Part shown: positions 37,303 through 46,355 of the stretch, in pieces | Layout of the letters: each line of letters opens with the position of its first letter | How positions within the stretch are numbered: the first letter of the stretch is position 1 | Assembly (NCBI GenBank): GCA_964545855.1 | Contig: CAZJHD010000011.1 | Location: 41,763 to 105,762 of the forward strand | Source of the DNA: an uncultured Planctomycetales bacterium | GTDB lineage: Bacteria; Planctomycetota; UBA1135; JACQFD01 | Length of the DNA stretch: 64,000 nt | Direction of reading: 5' to 3' | Made by a program: the position numbers and the translations under genes | Notes under the pieces: generated by a model | Databases searched by the model: none | Seen by the model: only the letters and a program-made list of their open reading frames with translations | What the model was told of the DNA's origin: nothing

Positions 37303-38061
37303 ATGGACATCGTCGTCTGCGTGAAGCGCGTGCCGTCCACCGAGACGCGCGTGAAGGTCGGAGCCGGCGGCCGGAGCATCGATCCGGCCGGAGTGCAGTT
37401 CGAGCTGAACCCCTACGACGAGTTCGCGGTCGAGGAGGCGCTCCGGCTGAAGGAGGCGAGCGGCGGCGGGACCGTCACGCTCCTCTCCCTCGGCCCCGCC
37501 GAGACCCAGAAGGCGCTGCGCAACGAGCTCGCGCGCGGCGCCGACAAGGCCGTGCTCCTGAAGGACGAGAAGCTCGAGGAGCGGGATGCCTCGTCGATCG
37601 CGACGGTGCTCGCCGAGCAGATCAAGAAGCTCCCCCACGAGCTGGTGCTCATGGGCAAGCAGGCGGTCGACCGCGACAACGGCCACGTCGGCACGATGGT
37701 CGCCACCATGCTCGGCTACGCCTGCGTGAACGAGGTGGTGAAGGTGGAGCTCACCGGCAAGACCCTGCACTGCGAGCGCGAGATCGAGGGAGGCGCGCGG
37801 GAAGTGGTCGAGGCCAAGCTCCCGGCGGTGCTCACGGCCCAGAAGGGGCTGAACGACCCGCGCTACGTGAAGCTGCCCGGCATCATGGCGGCCAAGAAGA
37901 AGCCGCTCGAGGAGCTCGACGCTCCCGCGTCGGAGCCGAGGATCGCGGTTCTCGAGATGACGCTCCCCGAGCCGCGCAAGGCGGGCCGGTTCATCGGCAA
38001 GGGCAAGGAATCCGTGGGCGAGCTCCTGACGAAGCTCCGTGACGAAGCGAAGGTGCTCTGA
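37303..38061 (+). CDS. etfB: electron transfer flavoprotein, beta subunit
   Basis: The sequence starts MDIVVCVKRVPSTETRVKV...NPYDEFAVEEALRLKE, typical of EtfB. I preferred the ATG at 37303 over the TTG at 37297. Confidence 0.9.
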   Translation: MDIVVCVKRVPSTETRVKVGAGGRSIDPAGVQFELNPYDEFAVEEALRLKEASGGGTVTLLSLGPAETQKALRNELARGADKAVLLKDEKLEERDASSIATVLAEQIKKLPHELVLMGKQAVDRDNGHVGTMVATMLGYACVNEVVKVELTGKTLHCEREIEGGAREVVEAKLPAVLTAQKGLNDPRYVKLPGIMAAKKKPLEELDAPASEPRIAVLEMTLPEPRKAGRFIGKGKESVGELLTKLRDEAKVL

Positions 38062-39041
38062 TGGCTGGAATCCTCGTCTACGCGGAAACGCGCAACGGCA
38101 CCGTTCGCAAGGCGTCCCTCGAAGCCGTCTCCGAGGCCGCGCGCCTCGCGAAGGACCTCGGAGGGCCCGTGGTGGCCGTCCTCGTCGGCGATCCGCCGGC
38201 CACGGCCGGCGAGCTGCTCGGCAAGGCCGGCGCGACGGAGGCGATCTCCCTGAAGGGAGCCCACCTCGCGATGTACTCCGGCGACGGGTTCGGCGCCGCG
38301 ATCCAGCCGGTCGTCGACGAGAAGAAGCCCCTGGCGTGCTTCTTCGCGGCGACGCCCCAGGGCAAGGACCTCGCGCCGCGCGTCGCCGTCCGATCCAAGG
38401 CCGGCGTCGCGAGCGACTGCGTCGGATTCACCGTCGACGGCGGCAAGCTGCGCGCGAAGCGTCCGGTCTACGCCGGCAAGGCCTACCTCTCCGTCGAGGC
38501 CAAGTCCGGGATCCTCGTGGCGACGCTGCGCCCGAACGTCTTCGCGCACGCGGAGACCGGCCAGGCCGTCACCATCGCGTCCCGAGACGCCGCCGCCACC
38601 GATCTCCGCGCCGTCGTGAAGGAGGTGCTCGCCGCGGCGGCCACCAAGATCGACGTCACGGAAGCGCCCGTGGTCGTGAGCGGAGGGCGCGGGCTCAAGG
38701 GGCCCGAGCACTGGGGCCTCATCGAGAAGCTCGCCGCGGCCTTCGGCGGCACCGCCGCCACGGGCGCGTCGCGCGCCGTCGTCGACGCCGGCTGGCGTCC
38801 CCACGACGAGCAGGTGGGCCAGACCGGCAAGACCGTCTCGCCCACGCTCTACTTCGCCTGCGGCATCTCCGGCGCGATCCAGCACCTCGCGGGCATGTCC
38901 TCGTCCCGCGTGATCGTCGCCATCAACAAGGATCCCGAGGCGCCGATCTTCAAAGTGGCCGACTACGGCATCGTCGGCGACGTCTTCGAGGTGCTCCCGG
39001 TCCTGACCGAGGAGATCGAGAAGCTCAAGGCCGTTTCGTAG
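38061..39041 (+). CDS. etfA: electron transfer flavoprotein, alpha subunit
   Basis: 326 aa. The start overlaps the etfB stop (TGATG). The FAD-binding C-terminus reads VVSGGRGL...[11 protein letters not shown]...[29 protein letters not shown]. Confidence 0.9.
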   Translation: MAGILVYAETRNGTVRKASLEAVSEAARLAKDLGGPVVAVLVGDPPATAGELLGKAGATEAISLKGAHLAMYSGDGFGAAIQPVVDEKKPLACFFAATPQGKDLAPRVAVRSKAGVASDCVGFTVDGGKLRAKRPVYAGKAYLSVEAKSGILVATLRPNVFAHAETGQAVTIASRDAAATDLRAVVKEVLAAAATKIDVTEAPVVVSGGRGLKGPEHWGLIEKLAAAFGGTAATGASRAVVDAGWRPHDEQVGQTGKTVSPTLYFACGISGAIQHLAGMSSSRVIVAINKDPEAPIFKVADYGIVGDVFEVLPVLTEEIEKLKAVS

Positions 39042-39061
39042 CCCGCGTTCGCCTCGCGGGC
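39041..39061 (+). terminator. candidate hairpin directly after the etfA stop
   Basis: GCCCGCG-TTCGCCT-CGCGGGC gives a 7-bp stem and a 7-nt loop. It starts at the last base of the TAG stop. There is no U-tract. Confidence 0.35.
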
Positions 39062-39110
39062 AGCGAGAGGCTTCACGATTTCGCCACGATCGCTATCGTT
39101 CGTCTCCATC

Positions 39111-39187
39111 GGGCGGCTGGCTCAGCTGGTTAGAGCGCCACATTCACATTGTGGAGGTCGCAGGTTCGAATCCCGCGCCGCCCACCA
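39111..39187 (+). tRNA. tRNA-Val (anticodon CAC), CCA encoded
   Basis: I folded the cloverleaf by hand. Acceptor stem GGGCGGC/GCCGCCC. D stem GCTC/GAGC. Anticodon stem CCACA/TGTGG with loop TTCACAT (anticodon CAC). Variable loop AGGTC. T arm GCAGG-TTCGAAT-CCCGC, with one A-C mismatch. Discriminator A plus CCA. Confidence 0.85.
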
Positions 39188-39188
39188 T

Positions 39189-39460
39189 CGCTCCCCCCTG
39201 CGCGCCTGCCTTCGGCAGGACGCGCGTCCCCTAAGGCGACCGAGACCGCTCCCCCCTGCGCGCCTGCATTCGGCAGGACGCGCGTCCCCTAAGGGGACCG
39301 GAGATCGCTCCCCCCTGCGCGCCTGGCGTTGCTCCCTTCCCGCAGAGCGGCGCCGGCAGGACGCGCTGTCCCCTAGGGGGACCGAGAGGTTTCCCCCTCG
39401 CGCTCCCGGCTTTGCTCCCATGCCGCGGAGCAGCGATGCCGGGACGCGTCGGGTTGCGGC
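39189..39460. repeat. four tandem REP-like units (two-hairpin palindromic elements) directly 3' of tRNA-Val
   Basis: The units lie at about 39189-39245, 39246-39304, 39305-39387 and 39388-39460. The consensus is GCTCCCCCCTGCGCGCCTGC-NNNN-GCAGGACGCGCG-TCCCCTAAGGGGACCGAGA. Units 3 and 4 carry enlarged or degenerate loops. The same family recurs at 58603-58720. Confidence 0.85.
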
Positions 39461-39527
39461 TCGGCGCGCTGCTCTCTCGGGAGTCCGAGTGGATCCCCCC
39501 TCCGCGTCGGGCTGGTAGTCTCTCGCC

Positions 39528-40610
39528 ATGCTTCCGAGGGCGGCCCTTGCGGACGTGCGCAGCCTGCATCGGCGCGAGCGCGCTCTGCAGGCGGCCCTCG
39601 GGCTTGCTGACGGGCTCTTCGCGATCGCCATCGCGGCTTCCGCCGCGATCCTCCTCGCGCGCCTACTCGGCGCCGCGATCGAGCCGCGACCGCTCTGGGG
39701 ACTCGCGGCGCTCGCCGCCGTTCCCTACGCCCTCGTGCGCGCATCCCGCCGCGCGCCCAGCCTCGCGCGGTGCGCGGCGCGGATCGATCGCGCCTCGCCG
39801 CTGCGCGGGCTGCTGATCGCGTCGCTGGAGGCGGACACGAGCGCGTGGTCGGCGCCGCTCGCGGCGGGGCTCGCCGCCCCCCGCGCTCCCATCCCCGGAC
39901 CGCCGCTTCGCGCGCCGATCGTCCGCCTCGCGGTCGCGCTCGGCCTCGTCGCGACGGTGGTCGCGCTCCCCGCGAACGCCGTATCCTCCTCGCCCTTCGC
40001 GAATCCGGCGATCGCCGAAGCGATCGAGGCGCAGCGCCACGACCTCCAGAGCCTCCAGGAGAAGTCGATGCTCGACCCCGAGCAGTCCGAGTCGCTGCGT
40101 CTCGCGCTCGAGGAGCTGTCGGAGAAGGCGGAGTCCGGGGAACGCGTCGACTGGGCCGACGTCGACGCGGCGCAGGCGCGCCTCGCGCACGCGCTGGACT
40201 CTCGCGAAGCTTCCCTCGCCTCGGCGCGCGACGCCCTCGATGCGCTCGCCGCGCGGGCGGACGACGGCGCGAGCGGCCCGATCGGCGAGGAACTCGCCGA
40301 CGCCCTCGCGCGTCTCGCGGAGTCGGGCCTCGCGGCGGACCTCCCCGCCGAGCTGCGCGTGGCCGCCGGTCTCGAGGCTTCGGACGGCGCGCGCGCCGGG
40401 CTCGACGCGAGCCGGCTACCCGCCGGCGCCGAGGCCGCCGCCGACCTCGCGCGGCGCGCGGCGAACGCGCTCGACGCACGGCTCGCCGACCTCGCTGCGG
40501 CGGGTCTCGCCGATCCCGAGGCGGGGCGCCGCCTCGCGGAGCTCTCGGAGGCGGAGCGCGCCGCCTCCCCCACGCACGAGCACGGGGAGGAATGCGCCGG
40601 TGGCACCTGA
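39528..40610 (+). CDS. hypothetical membrane protein, first gene of the MoxR/VWA operon; its annotated stop is an in-frame UGA
   Basis: 360 aa. Two N-terminal TM helices (LFAIAIAASAAILLARLL, LWGLAALAAVPYALV) are followed by a third hydrophobic segment and an Ala/Asp/Leu-rich helical region. It ends ...HEHGEECAGGT-TGA. Confidence 0.6.
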   Translation: MLPRAALADVRSLHRRERALQAALGLADGLFAIAIAASAAILLARLLGAAIEPRPLWGLAALAAVPYALVRASRRAPSLARCAARIDRASPLRGLLIASLEADTSAWSAPLAAGLAAPRAPIPGPPLRAPIVRLAVALGLVATVVALPANAVSSSPFANPAIAEAIEAQRHDLQSLQEKSMLDPEQSESLRLALEELSEKAESGERVDWADVDAAQARLAHALDSREASLASARDALDALAARADDGASGPIGEELADALARLAESGLAADLPAELRVAAGLEASDGARAGLDASRLPAGAEAAADLARRAANALDARLADLAAAGLADPEAGRRLAELSEAERAASPTHEHGEECAGGT

Positions 40611-41024
40611 AGCGGCGGCGGGGGCGACGGTCGTCGCCCGGAATCGAGACCTGCCGGCAGCGCGGGCGCAGCCGGTGCTCTCGCGGAGGCCGACTCGGCC
40701 GCGAGCGCGAACGACTCCGGCGCCGGCGGAATCGACCGCGGCCGCGGCGACGCCGCACTCCGCTACGGCAACGAGCCGGCCGGCGCGAGCGAGACCTTCC
40801 GCGCCGAGAAGCTGCCGGCCGGCGCCCTCGTCGGCGAGCAGTGGAGGATCGTCGGTCGCTCCGCCGCCGAGCCGCGCGTCGATCCGATCGCGCCCGAAGG
40901 CGCGGGCCGCGCCGGCGCCCGTGGATCGGGAGAGGCCGCGTGGCGGCGTCGCCTCGCGCCCCGCCACCGCGAGGTCGTGTCCCGCTACTTCGGCGCGGAC
41001 CCCGCGGGCGACCGCGGCCGCTGA
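40611..41024 (+). other. 138 codons of strong same-frame coding signal downstream of the UGA, with no ATG/GTG/TTG start until the last 17 codons
   Basis: Hand translation in the frame of the 39528 ORF gives SGGGGDGRRPESRPAGSAG...ETFRAEKLPAGALVGEQWRIVGRSAAEPRVDPIAPEG...AAWRRRLAPRHREVVSRYFGADPAGDRGR-TGA. Third codon positions are almost all G/C. It ends 12 nt before the MoxR start. Confidence 0.55.
40622..40639 (+). promoter_or_regulatory. SECIS-like stem-loop candidate
   Basis: GGGCGAC (40622-40628) pairs with GTCGCCC (40633-40639) around the loop GGTC. It begins exactly 11 nt after the UGA at 40608-40610. Confidence 0.3.
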
Positions 41025-41036
41025 GTCGGGATCCCG

Positions 41037-42086
41037 TTGAGAGCTCCTCCGGAAACGGGCGCGTCTCCGACGCCTCGACTCCTCGCGCCGAGCGACGTGG
41101 AGCGCGCGCGCGAGCTCCTCGGCCGCGTCCGGTCCGGGCTCGCGGAGACGATCCTCGGGCAGGACGAGCTGCTCGACCTCGTCACGATCGCGCTCGCCGC
41201 GCGCGGGCACCTGCTCCTCGAAGGGCTCCCGGGCCTCGGGAAGACGGAGCTCGTGAAGGCGCTCGCCGCGCTGCTCGCGCTCTCCTTCCGAAGGATCCAG
41301 TTCACGCCCGACCTGCTCCCGAGCGACGTGACCGGCGGTCCCGTCCTCGAAGAGCGCGGCGGCTCCCGCACGTTCGTGTTCCATCCGGGGCCGCTCTTCG
41401 CGCACGTGGTCCTCGCCGACGAGATCAACCGCGCGTCGCCGAAGACGCAGTCCGCTCTCCTGGAGGCGATGCAGGAGCGGCGCGTCACGGTGCTCGGCGA
41501 GACGCACCCGTTGCCCGATCCCTTCTTCGTCCTCGCGACCCAGAACCCCATCGAGCTCGAAGGGACCTATCCGCTCCCCGAGGCGCAGCTCGACCGATTC
41601 CTCTTCAAGGTCGAGGTGCCCGGCGTGAGCGCCGACGTCCTCGTGCGCATCGTCCGCGAGCGCCGTCGCGGCGCACCGCCCGCGCTCGCGCCGGTCGCGA
41701 CCCACGGAGATCTCACGGAGCTCTTCCAGCTCGTCGACCGCGTCTTCCTCCCGGAGCCCGTCGCCCGCTACCTCGCGAGAATCGTGGATGCGACCCACCC
41801 TTCGTCGCCGCGATGCCCGGAGCGCGCGCGGCGTCTGGTGCGCTACGGGGCGTCGCCGCGGGCGGCAATCGCGCTCGCCGAGGCGGGACGCGCCTCGGCG
41901 CTCCTCGAGGGCCGCCCCAACGTCGACTTCTCCGACGTCGAGCGCGTGGCCGTCTCGGCGCTCGCGCACCGCCTCGTCCTCGATCACGCGGCGCGACTCG
42001 AGGGAGTCACGCCCCGCGACGTGGTCGCGACGATCCGCTCGGCCGTCGACCCGCTCGATCGCGACGAGCCTCGCGGCGCCCCGTGA
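41037..42086 (+). CDS. MoxR-family AAA+ ATPase
   Basis: 349 aa with a TTG start. Motifs: ILGQDELLDLVTIALAARGHLLLEGLPGLGKT (Walker A), VVLADEINRASPKTQSALLEAMQE (Walker B / sensor), ATQNPIELEGTYPLPEAQLDRF. Confidence 0.9.
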   Translation: MRAPPETGASPTPRLLAPSDVERARELLGRVRSGLAETILGQDELLDLVTIALAARGHLLLEGLPGLGKTELVKALAALLALSFRRIQFTPDLLPSDVTGGPVLEERGGSRTFVFHPGPLFAHVVLADEINRASPKTQSALLEAMQERRVTVLGETHPLPDPFFVLATQNPIELEGTYPLPEAQLDRFLFKVEVPGVSADVLVRIVRERRRGAPPALAPVATHGDLTELFQLVDRVFLPEPVARYLARIVDATHPSSPRCPERARRLVRYGASPRAAIALAEAGRASALLEGRPNVDFSDVERVAVSALAHRLVLDHAARLEGVTPRDVVATIRSAVDPLDRDEPRGAP

Positions 42087-43936
42087 GAGCCGCGCTCGCC
42101 GAGACCGTCGTCGCCGCGGCCGTCGTCCTCGCTGCCGCAGCGACGCGCGTCGGCGCGCAGGAGGAGAGGCACTTCGCGTTCCTTCGGAAAGCCGGTGGCA
42201 TCGAGCAGCGGGTCGCCCGCTTCCACGTGCGGTCCTTCCCGATCGCGGCACAGCCGGGGGGCTGGAGCTGGATCACCGCCAACGTCGAGGTCGTCGACGG
42301 CAAGCCCCACGAGGTCGAGGTGGAGGTCGTGTCGCCCATGCCGGTCCTGGAGGCGCGGCGCCGCCTGCGGCTCGCGGCCGGAGAGAGAGCGACCCTCTCC
42401 CTTCCGGCGTCGGGAACCGGCATGGGTTGGAACCTGATCCGCTGCCATGTCGACGGCGAGCCCGTGGGCGACGTGAACCTATCGACGTCGCGATACCCCG
42501 CCTCGACGACCGGGATCGAGATGGGGCTCGTCGTGTCGGACGACCCCGACTTCGCTCGGGCGATCGCGGCATTGATCGACGCGAAGGAGGGAGTGCGCGC
42601 CGGCTCGGCGTCCGCCGCCGTCGTCGCTCCTCCCGAGCTGCTCCCGGACCGTTGGAGCTGGCTCTCGGGAGCGAGCGTGATCGTCGTCGACTGCGACGCA
42701 CCCGGGCTTACGCCGGATCGCCAGCGCGTGCTCGCGGACTACGCCGCGGGAGGTGGCCGGCTCGTTCTGACGGCGCGATCGGGAGCGATCGCGATCGAAG
42801 GACCCCTCCGGGAGCTGATCGGCGAGGGTTCGGGCCCCGGCGCAACCGAGGGGCACTACGGCCTCGGGACCTGGGCCGTCGATCCGACTTCGTCGCCGTC
42901 CCCTTCGGTGCTCCGCCACCCGAGCGGCGCGCGCTGGGGCGCGGGCGCGCCGGACGTCGGCCTCCTCGCCTTCCTCGACCTCCCGGGGCTCGGACACGTC
43001 CGGTTCGGCTTCGTCGTCCTCCTGCTCACGGCCTTCGCCACCGCCGTCTGCGTCGAGGTGATCTGGCTCGTGCGGCGCAGGCGCGCCGTCGCGCTCCTCG
43101 TCGTGGTGCCCGCCACCGGACTCGGCTTCGCGGCCGCCGTCGTGGTCTACGGCCTCCTCTCCGACGGGCTCGGCGTGAAGGGGTCGATCCGGAGCTTCAC
43201 GCTGCTCGACCAGAGGCGCCACACGGCCGTCGCCGTGGCGCAGCGAACGCTCTACGCGGGCATCTCCCCGTCTCGGCTCTCCCTCGATGCGGCGACGCTG
43301 CCCGCCTCGTCGAGCTGGAGGACTTCGACTGCGGATTCGCTCCATCGCCTCTCGATCGATCTCGATCGAGGAGAGATCGCCGGAGCGGCGCTCCCTTCCC
43401 GCGTCCCGACGCAGATGGCGACGACGACGGTCGCGCCGTGTCGGGAGCGGCTGCGGTTCCGCCGCGCTCCTGGCGGAGCGCTGGAGCTCCGCGCGGGCTC
43501 GGGGTTCGAGCCGGTCGAAGCCGAGGGCGCGCTCGTCGTGCGCGACTTCGACGGGTCGATGCATGTGCTGACGGGAGAGTCGCTCCGGCGGGTCGGCGAC
43601 GACCGAGCGGATCCTTTCGTCCACCGCGCGCTCCGCGCGTTCGCCGACGTCTCCGCGGCGCATCCGCGCGCGTTCGGAGGCGTGGCTCCGCAGCGAGGCT
43701 TCGTGATCGAGTCGTCCCCGGCGGAGACGTCCGAGTCGGCGAGCTACGCCGACGAGCCGAGCCAGGCTGAGCTCCGGCGATGGATCCGCGACGACCTCGT
43801 CGGCACCCTCGCTCCGGGCAGCTACCTCGCGCGCACGCGTGCCGCGCCCGCCGTCGACGATCTCGGCCTGGAGGTCGCCTGGGTCCGCGAGGAGCACGTC
43901 GTGCTCGGGAGGCTTGCTCCGGAGGACATCGAATGA
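42083..43936 (+). CDS. hypothetical membrane protein
   Basis: 617 codons within track ORF 39770..43936. The GTG at 42083 forms a GTGA overlap with the MoxR stop. It has an N-terminal signal-like helix (VVAAAVVLAAAATRVGA) and two central TM helices (FGFVVLLLTAFATAVCVEVIWLV, LLVVVPATGLGFAAAVVVYGLL). Confidence 0.6.
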   Translation: MRAALAETVVAAAVVLAAAATRVGAQEERHFAFLRKAGGIEQRVARFHVRSFPIAAQPGGWSWITANVEVVDGKPHEVEVEVVSPMPVLEARRRLRLAAGERATLSLPASGTGMGWNLIRCHVDGEPVGDVNLSTSRYPASTTGIEMGLVVSDDPDFARAIAALIDAKEGVRAGSASAAVVAPPELLPDRWSWLSGASVIVVDCDAPGLTPDRQRVLADYAAGGGRLVLTARSGAIAIEGPLRELIGEGSGPGATEGHYGLGTWAVDPTSSPSPSVLRHPSGARWGAGAPDVGLLAFLDLPGLGHVRFGFVVLLLTAFATAVCVEVIWLVRRRRAVALLVVVPATGLGFAAAVVVYGLLSDGLGVKGSIRSFTLLDQRRHTAVAVAQRTLYAGISPSRLSLDAATLPASSSWRTSTADSLHRLSIDLDRGEIAGAALPSRVPTQMATTTVAPCRERLRFRRAPGGALELRAGSGFEPVEAEGALVVRDFDGSMHVLTGESLRRVGDDRADPFVHRALRAFADVSAAHPRAFGGVAPQRGFVIESSPAETSESASYADEPSQAELRRWIRDDLVGTLAPGSYLARTRAAPAVDDLGLEVAWVREEHVVLGRLAPEDIE

Positions 43937-44871
43937 GCGCGCTCGCCCTCGAGGTCGACCGAGTGACGCGGCGCTTCGGAAGCGTCGTCGCCGTCGACGG
44001 CCTCTCCTTCCAGCTCGAGAAGGGCAAGGTCTGCGGCTTCGTCGGCCCGAACGGAGCCGGGAAGACGACGACGATGCGCATCCTCGCGACTCTCGAGCTC
44101 CCCGATGAGGGCGACGCGCGAGTCCGGGGCCTCTCGGTGCTGGAGGAGCCCCGGGGAGTCCGGCGAGCCGTCGGCTTCATGGCCGACCAGTTCGTGCCCT
44201 ATCCGAACCTGAGCGTGCGCGAGCTCCTCGACTTCTTCGCTCTCGCGCACGGGCTCCGCGGGCGCAAGCGCCTCGAGACGATCGACGCGGTCGCGACCTT
44301 CTGCGGTCTCGCCGACCTCCTGGGGCGCCCGGCGACGGGCCTTTCGAAGGGGATGGGGCAGAGGCTCCACCTCGCAAAGACCCTGCTCCACGACCCCGAC
44401 GTGCTCGTCCTCGACGAGCCCACGGCCGGCCTCGACCCGCGCGCCCGCGTCGAGTTCCGGGAGCTCGTCCGCGAGCTCGCCTCGCGCGGGAAGACGATCC
44501 TCTGCTCCTCCCACATCCTGTCGGAGCTCGGCGAGATCTGCGACGAGGTCCTCGTGATCGAGCGCGGGCGCCGCATCGTCTCGGGCGGGATCCGCACCAT
44601 CGCCCGCGAGCTGCAGTCTCGCCTCGCGGTGCGCGCCCGCGTCCTGCGCGACGGCGACGCCGCCGAGCGCTTCTTCGCCGTGCAGGCGGGCGTCGATCGG
44701 CTCGTCCGCTCCGACGCGAGCCTCACGTTCGAGTTCAGCGGGGACGATGCGGCCCTGAGCGAGCTCCTCGAGCGCGCCGCCGCGGCGAGCCTCGGCCTCG
44801 TCGAGTTCCGCGTGCTCGAGGCGAGCCTCGAGGAGATCTTCCTGCGCTCGACCAAGGGGGTCGTCCAGTGA
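43933..44871 (+). CDS. ABC transporter ATP-binding protein (ABC-2 / export type)
   Basis: The ATG at 43933 forms an ATGA overlap with the upstream stop. Motifs: Walker A GPNGAGKTT, signature LSKGMGQRLHLAKTL, Walker B VLVLDEPTAGLDP, H-loop SSHIL. Confidence 0.88.
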   Translation: MSALALEVDRVTRRFGSVVAVDGLSFQLEKGKVCGFVGPNGAGKTTTMRILATLELPDEGDARVRGLSVLEEPRGVRRAVGFMADQFVPYPNLSVRELLDFFALAHGLRGRKRLETIDAVATFCGLADLLGRPATGLSKGMGQRLHLAKTLLHDPDVLVLDEPTAGLDPRARVEFRELVRELASRGKTILCSSHILSELGEICDEVLVIERGRRIVSGGIRTIARELQSRLAVRARVLRDGDAAERFFAVQAGVDRLVRSDASLTFEFSGDDAALSELLERAAAASLGLVEFRVLEASLEEIFLRSTKGVVQ

Positions 44872-46355
44872 TCGCGAGCGATCGCGCCGCGCTCGGGCTC
44901 CGCGACCGGCTGAATCCCGTGTTCGTGCGGGAGGTCCAGCAGGCGTTCAACGGCAAGTCGTTCCTCCTGATCCTCGCGCTCGCCCTCGCCGCCGTCGGCA
45001 CCATCGCGGCGATCCTCGGCCTCGAGGACCCGTCGACGCAGGGCCTCGGCGCGCAGGGTCTCCAGCTCGTCACGATGACGCTCGCGCCCATCGCGGTCCT
45101 CGTCGTGCCGACGCAGGCCTTCCTCTCGATGAGCCGCGAGATGCGCGCCGGCACGGCGGAGCTGCTGCTGCTCACGAGCCTCTCGCCCGGGACGATCGTG
45201 CGCGGGAAGCTGCTCGCGGCGATCTCCCAGTTCGGGCTCTGGCTCTCGCTCTTCGCGCCGCTCCTCGCGCTCTGCTACCTGCTGCGCGGGATCTCGGTCG
45301 TCGACGTCGTTCTCGGCATCGCCCTCACGACGCTCTTCTGCGCCGCCGCCAGCTCCTTCGCCATCGCGCTCGGGTCGCTCGCGCGCTCGGGCCCCGCGGC
45401 CGGCATCGTCACGGCTCTCGCCGCCCTCGGGCTCGCCATGGCGACGCTCCAGACGATGGCGTTCTTCGCATGGGCGTTGTTCGCCATGGGAATGTGGGGA
45501 GGCTCGTCCGCATTCGTGGAGGTCTACGGGACGGTCTGCGTCGTCCTCGCGCTCGTGGTCTCGCTCGGGGCGGTCGTCGCCCAGAGCCAGCTCCAGCACA
45601 CCGTCGAGAACCGCTCGACTCCCTTCCGGGTCTTCTTCCTCACGGCGTGCGCGACGGGACTCGTCTGGACGTGGGCCGTCTCGACGCCCGGGTTGCTCGA
45701 CGGCGCGCTCGATCGCGTCTCGACCTGCTGCTTCATGGCGGGCCTCGTCTTCTTCGTCTTCGCCGCGACGGAGGAGCCGGAGCTCTCGCCTCGCGTTCGG
45801 GCGCGCGTCCCGCGCAGCCCGACGATCGCCTTCCTCGCGCTCCCCTTCCTCCCGGGCGCGGGCCGGGGGCTCCTCTTCGCGGTCCTCGCGACGGCGCTCG
45901 TCGGCATTGCGACGATCTTCGGTCAGGCGAAGGACGGGTGGCCGGTCTCGCGCGACCATCTGACCTGGCTCGCCTGGGCCCACTACGCGGTCCTCTACGC
46001 CTCGATCGCCTTCCTCCTGCGCCGGCTCCTCCGACGGATCCGGCGTCCGGCCCTCGCGGCCCGGCTCGCGACGGCGGCCTTCTTCCTCTTCGTCGGCATT
46101 CTCCTCCCGACGCTCCTGCAGGTCGCCTTCCGGAGCACGTCCGGATCCGCGGGCCGAGAGTGGACGCTCCTCCAGGTGCTGAATCCCTACTGGACGACCG
46201 GCACCTTCGCGAGGAGACCGACGGGCGCCAGCTTGGCGCTCCCCCTGCTCCTGCTGATCGACCTCGTCCTGCTGCTCCTCTGCCTGCCGTCCGTCCTCCG
46301 CTCCGTCGGGGAGGTCTTCGCGGCCTCGCGCGCGAATCGCCGCCGTGCGGCCTGA
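44868..46355 (+). CDS. polytopic membrane protein, probable permease partner of the ABC ATPase
   Basis: 495 aa. The GTG start forms a GTGA overlap with the ATPase stop. About 10 hydrophobic helices run along the whole length. Confidence 0.65.
   Translation: MIASDRAALGLRDRLNPVFVREVQQAFNGKSFLLILALALAAVGTIAAILGLEDPSTQGLGAQGLQLVTMTLAPIAVLVVPTQAFLSMSREMRAGTAELLLLTSLSPGTIVRGKLLAAISQFGLWLSLFAPLLALCYLLRGISVVDVVLGIALTTLFCAAASSFAIALGSLARSGPAAGIVTALAALGLAMATLQTMAFFAWALFAMGMWGGSSAFVEVYGTVCVVLALVVSLGAVVAQSQLQHTVENRSTPFRVFFLTACATGLVWTWAVSTPGLLDGALDRVSTCCFMAGLVFFVFAATEEPELSPRVRARVPRSPTIAFLALPFLPGAGRGLLFAVLATALVGIATIFGQAKDGWPVSRDHLTWLAWAHYAVLYASIAFLLRRLLRRIRRPALAARLATAAFFLFVGILLPTLLQVAFRSTSGSAGREWTLLQVLNPYWTTGTFARRPTGASLALPLLLLIDLVLLLLCLPSVLRSVGEVFAASRANRRRAA

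Noticed and set aside
39189-39460. A CRISPR-array interpretation of the repeats after tRNA-Val, and also of the 163-nt array at 32284-32769.
   Set aside because: The units abut each other directly, with no unique spacers. Unit lengths (~57 nt and 163 nt) and internal two-hairpin structure do not fit CRISPR repeats. No cas genes are present in the window.
39111-39460. tRNA-Val as the integration site of a genomic island.
   Set aside because: There is no integrase, no direct repeat of the tRNA 3' end, and no compositional shift downstream. The adjacent MoxR operon has host-like GC and codon bias.
40608-40610. A genome-wide UGA reassignment (UGA as Gly or Trp) as the explanation for the in-frame TGA.
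   Set aside because: TGA acts as a normal stop at many junction-supported gene ends in this window, for example the ATGA/GTGA overlaps at 13277, 30496, 34614, 43933 and 58327. Any recoding must therefore be site-specific.
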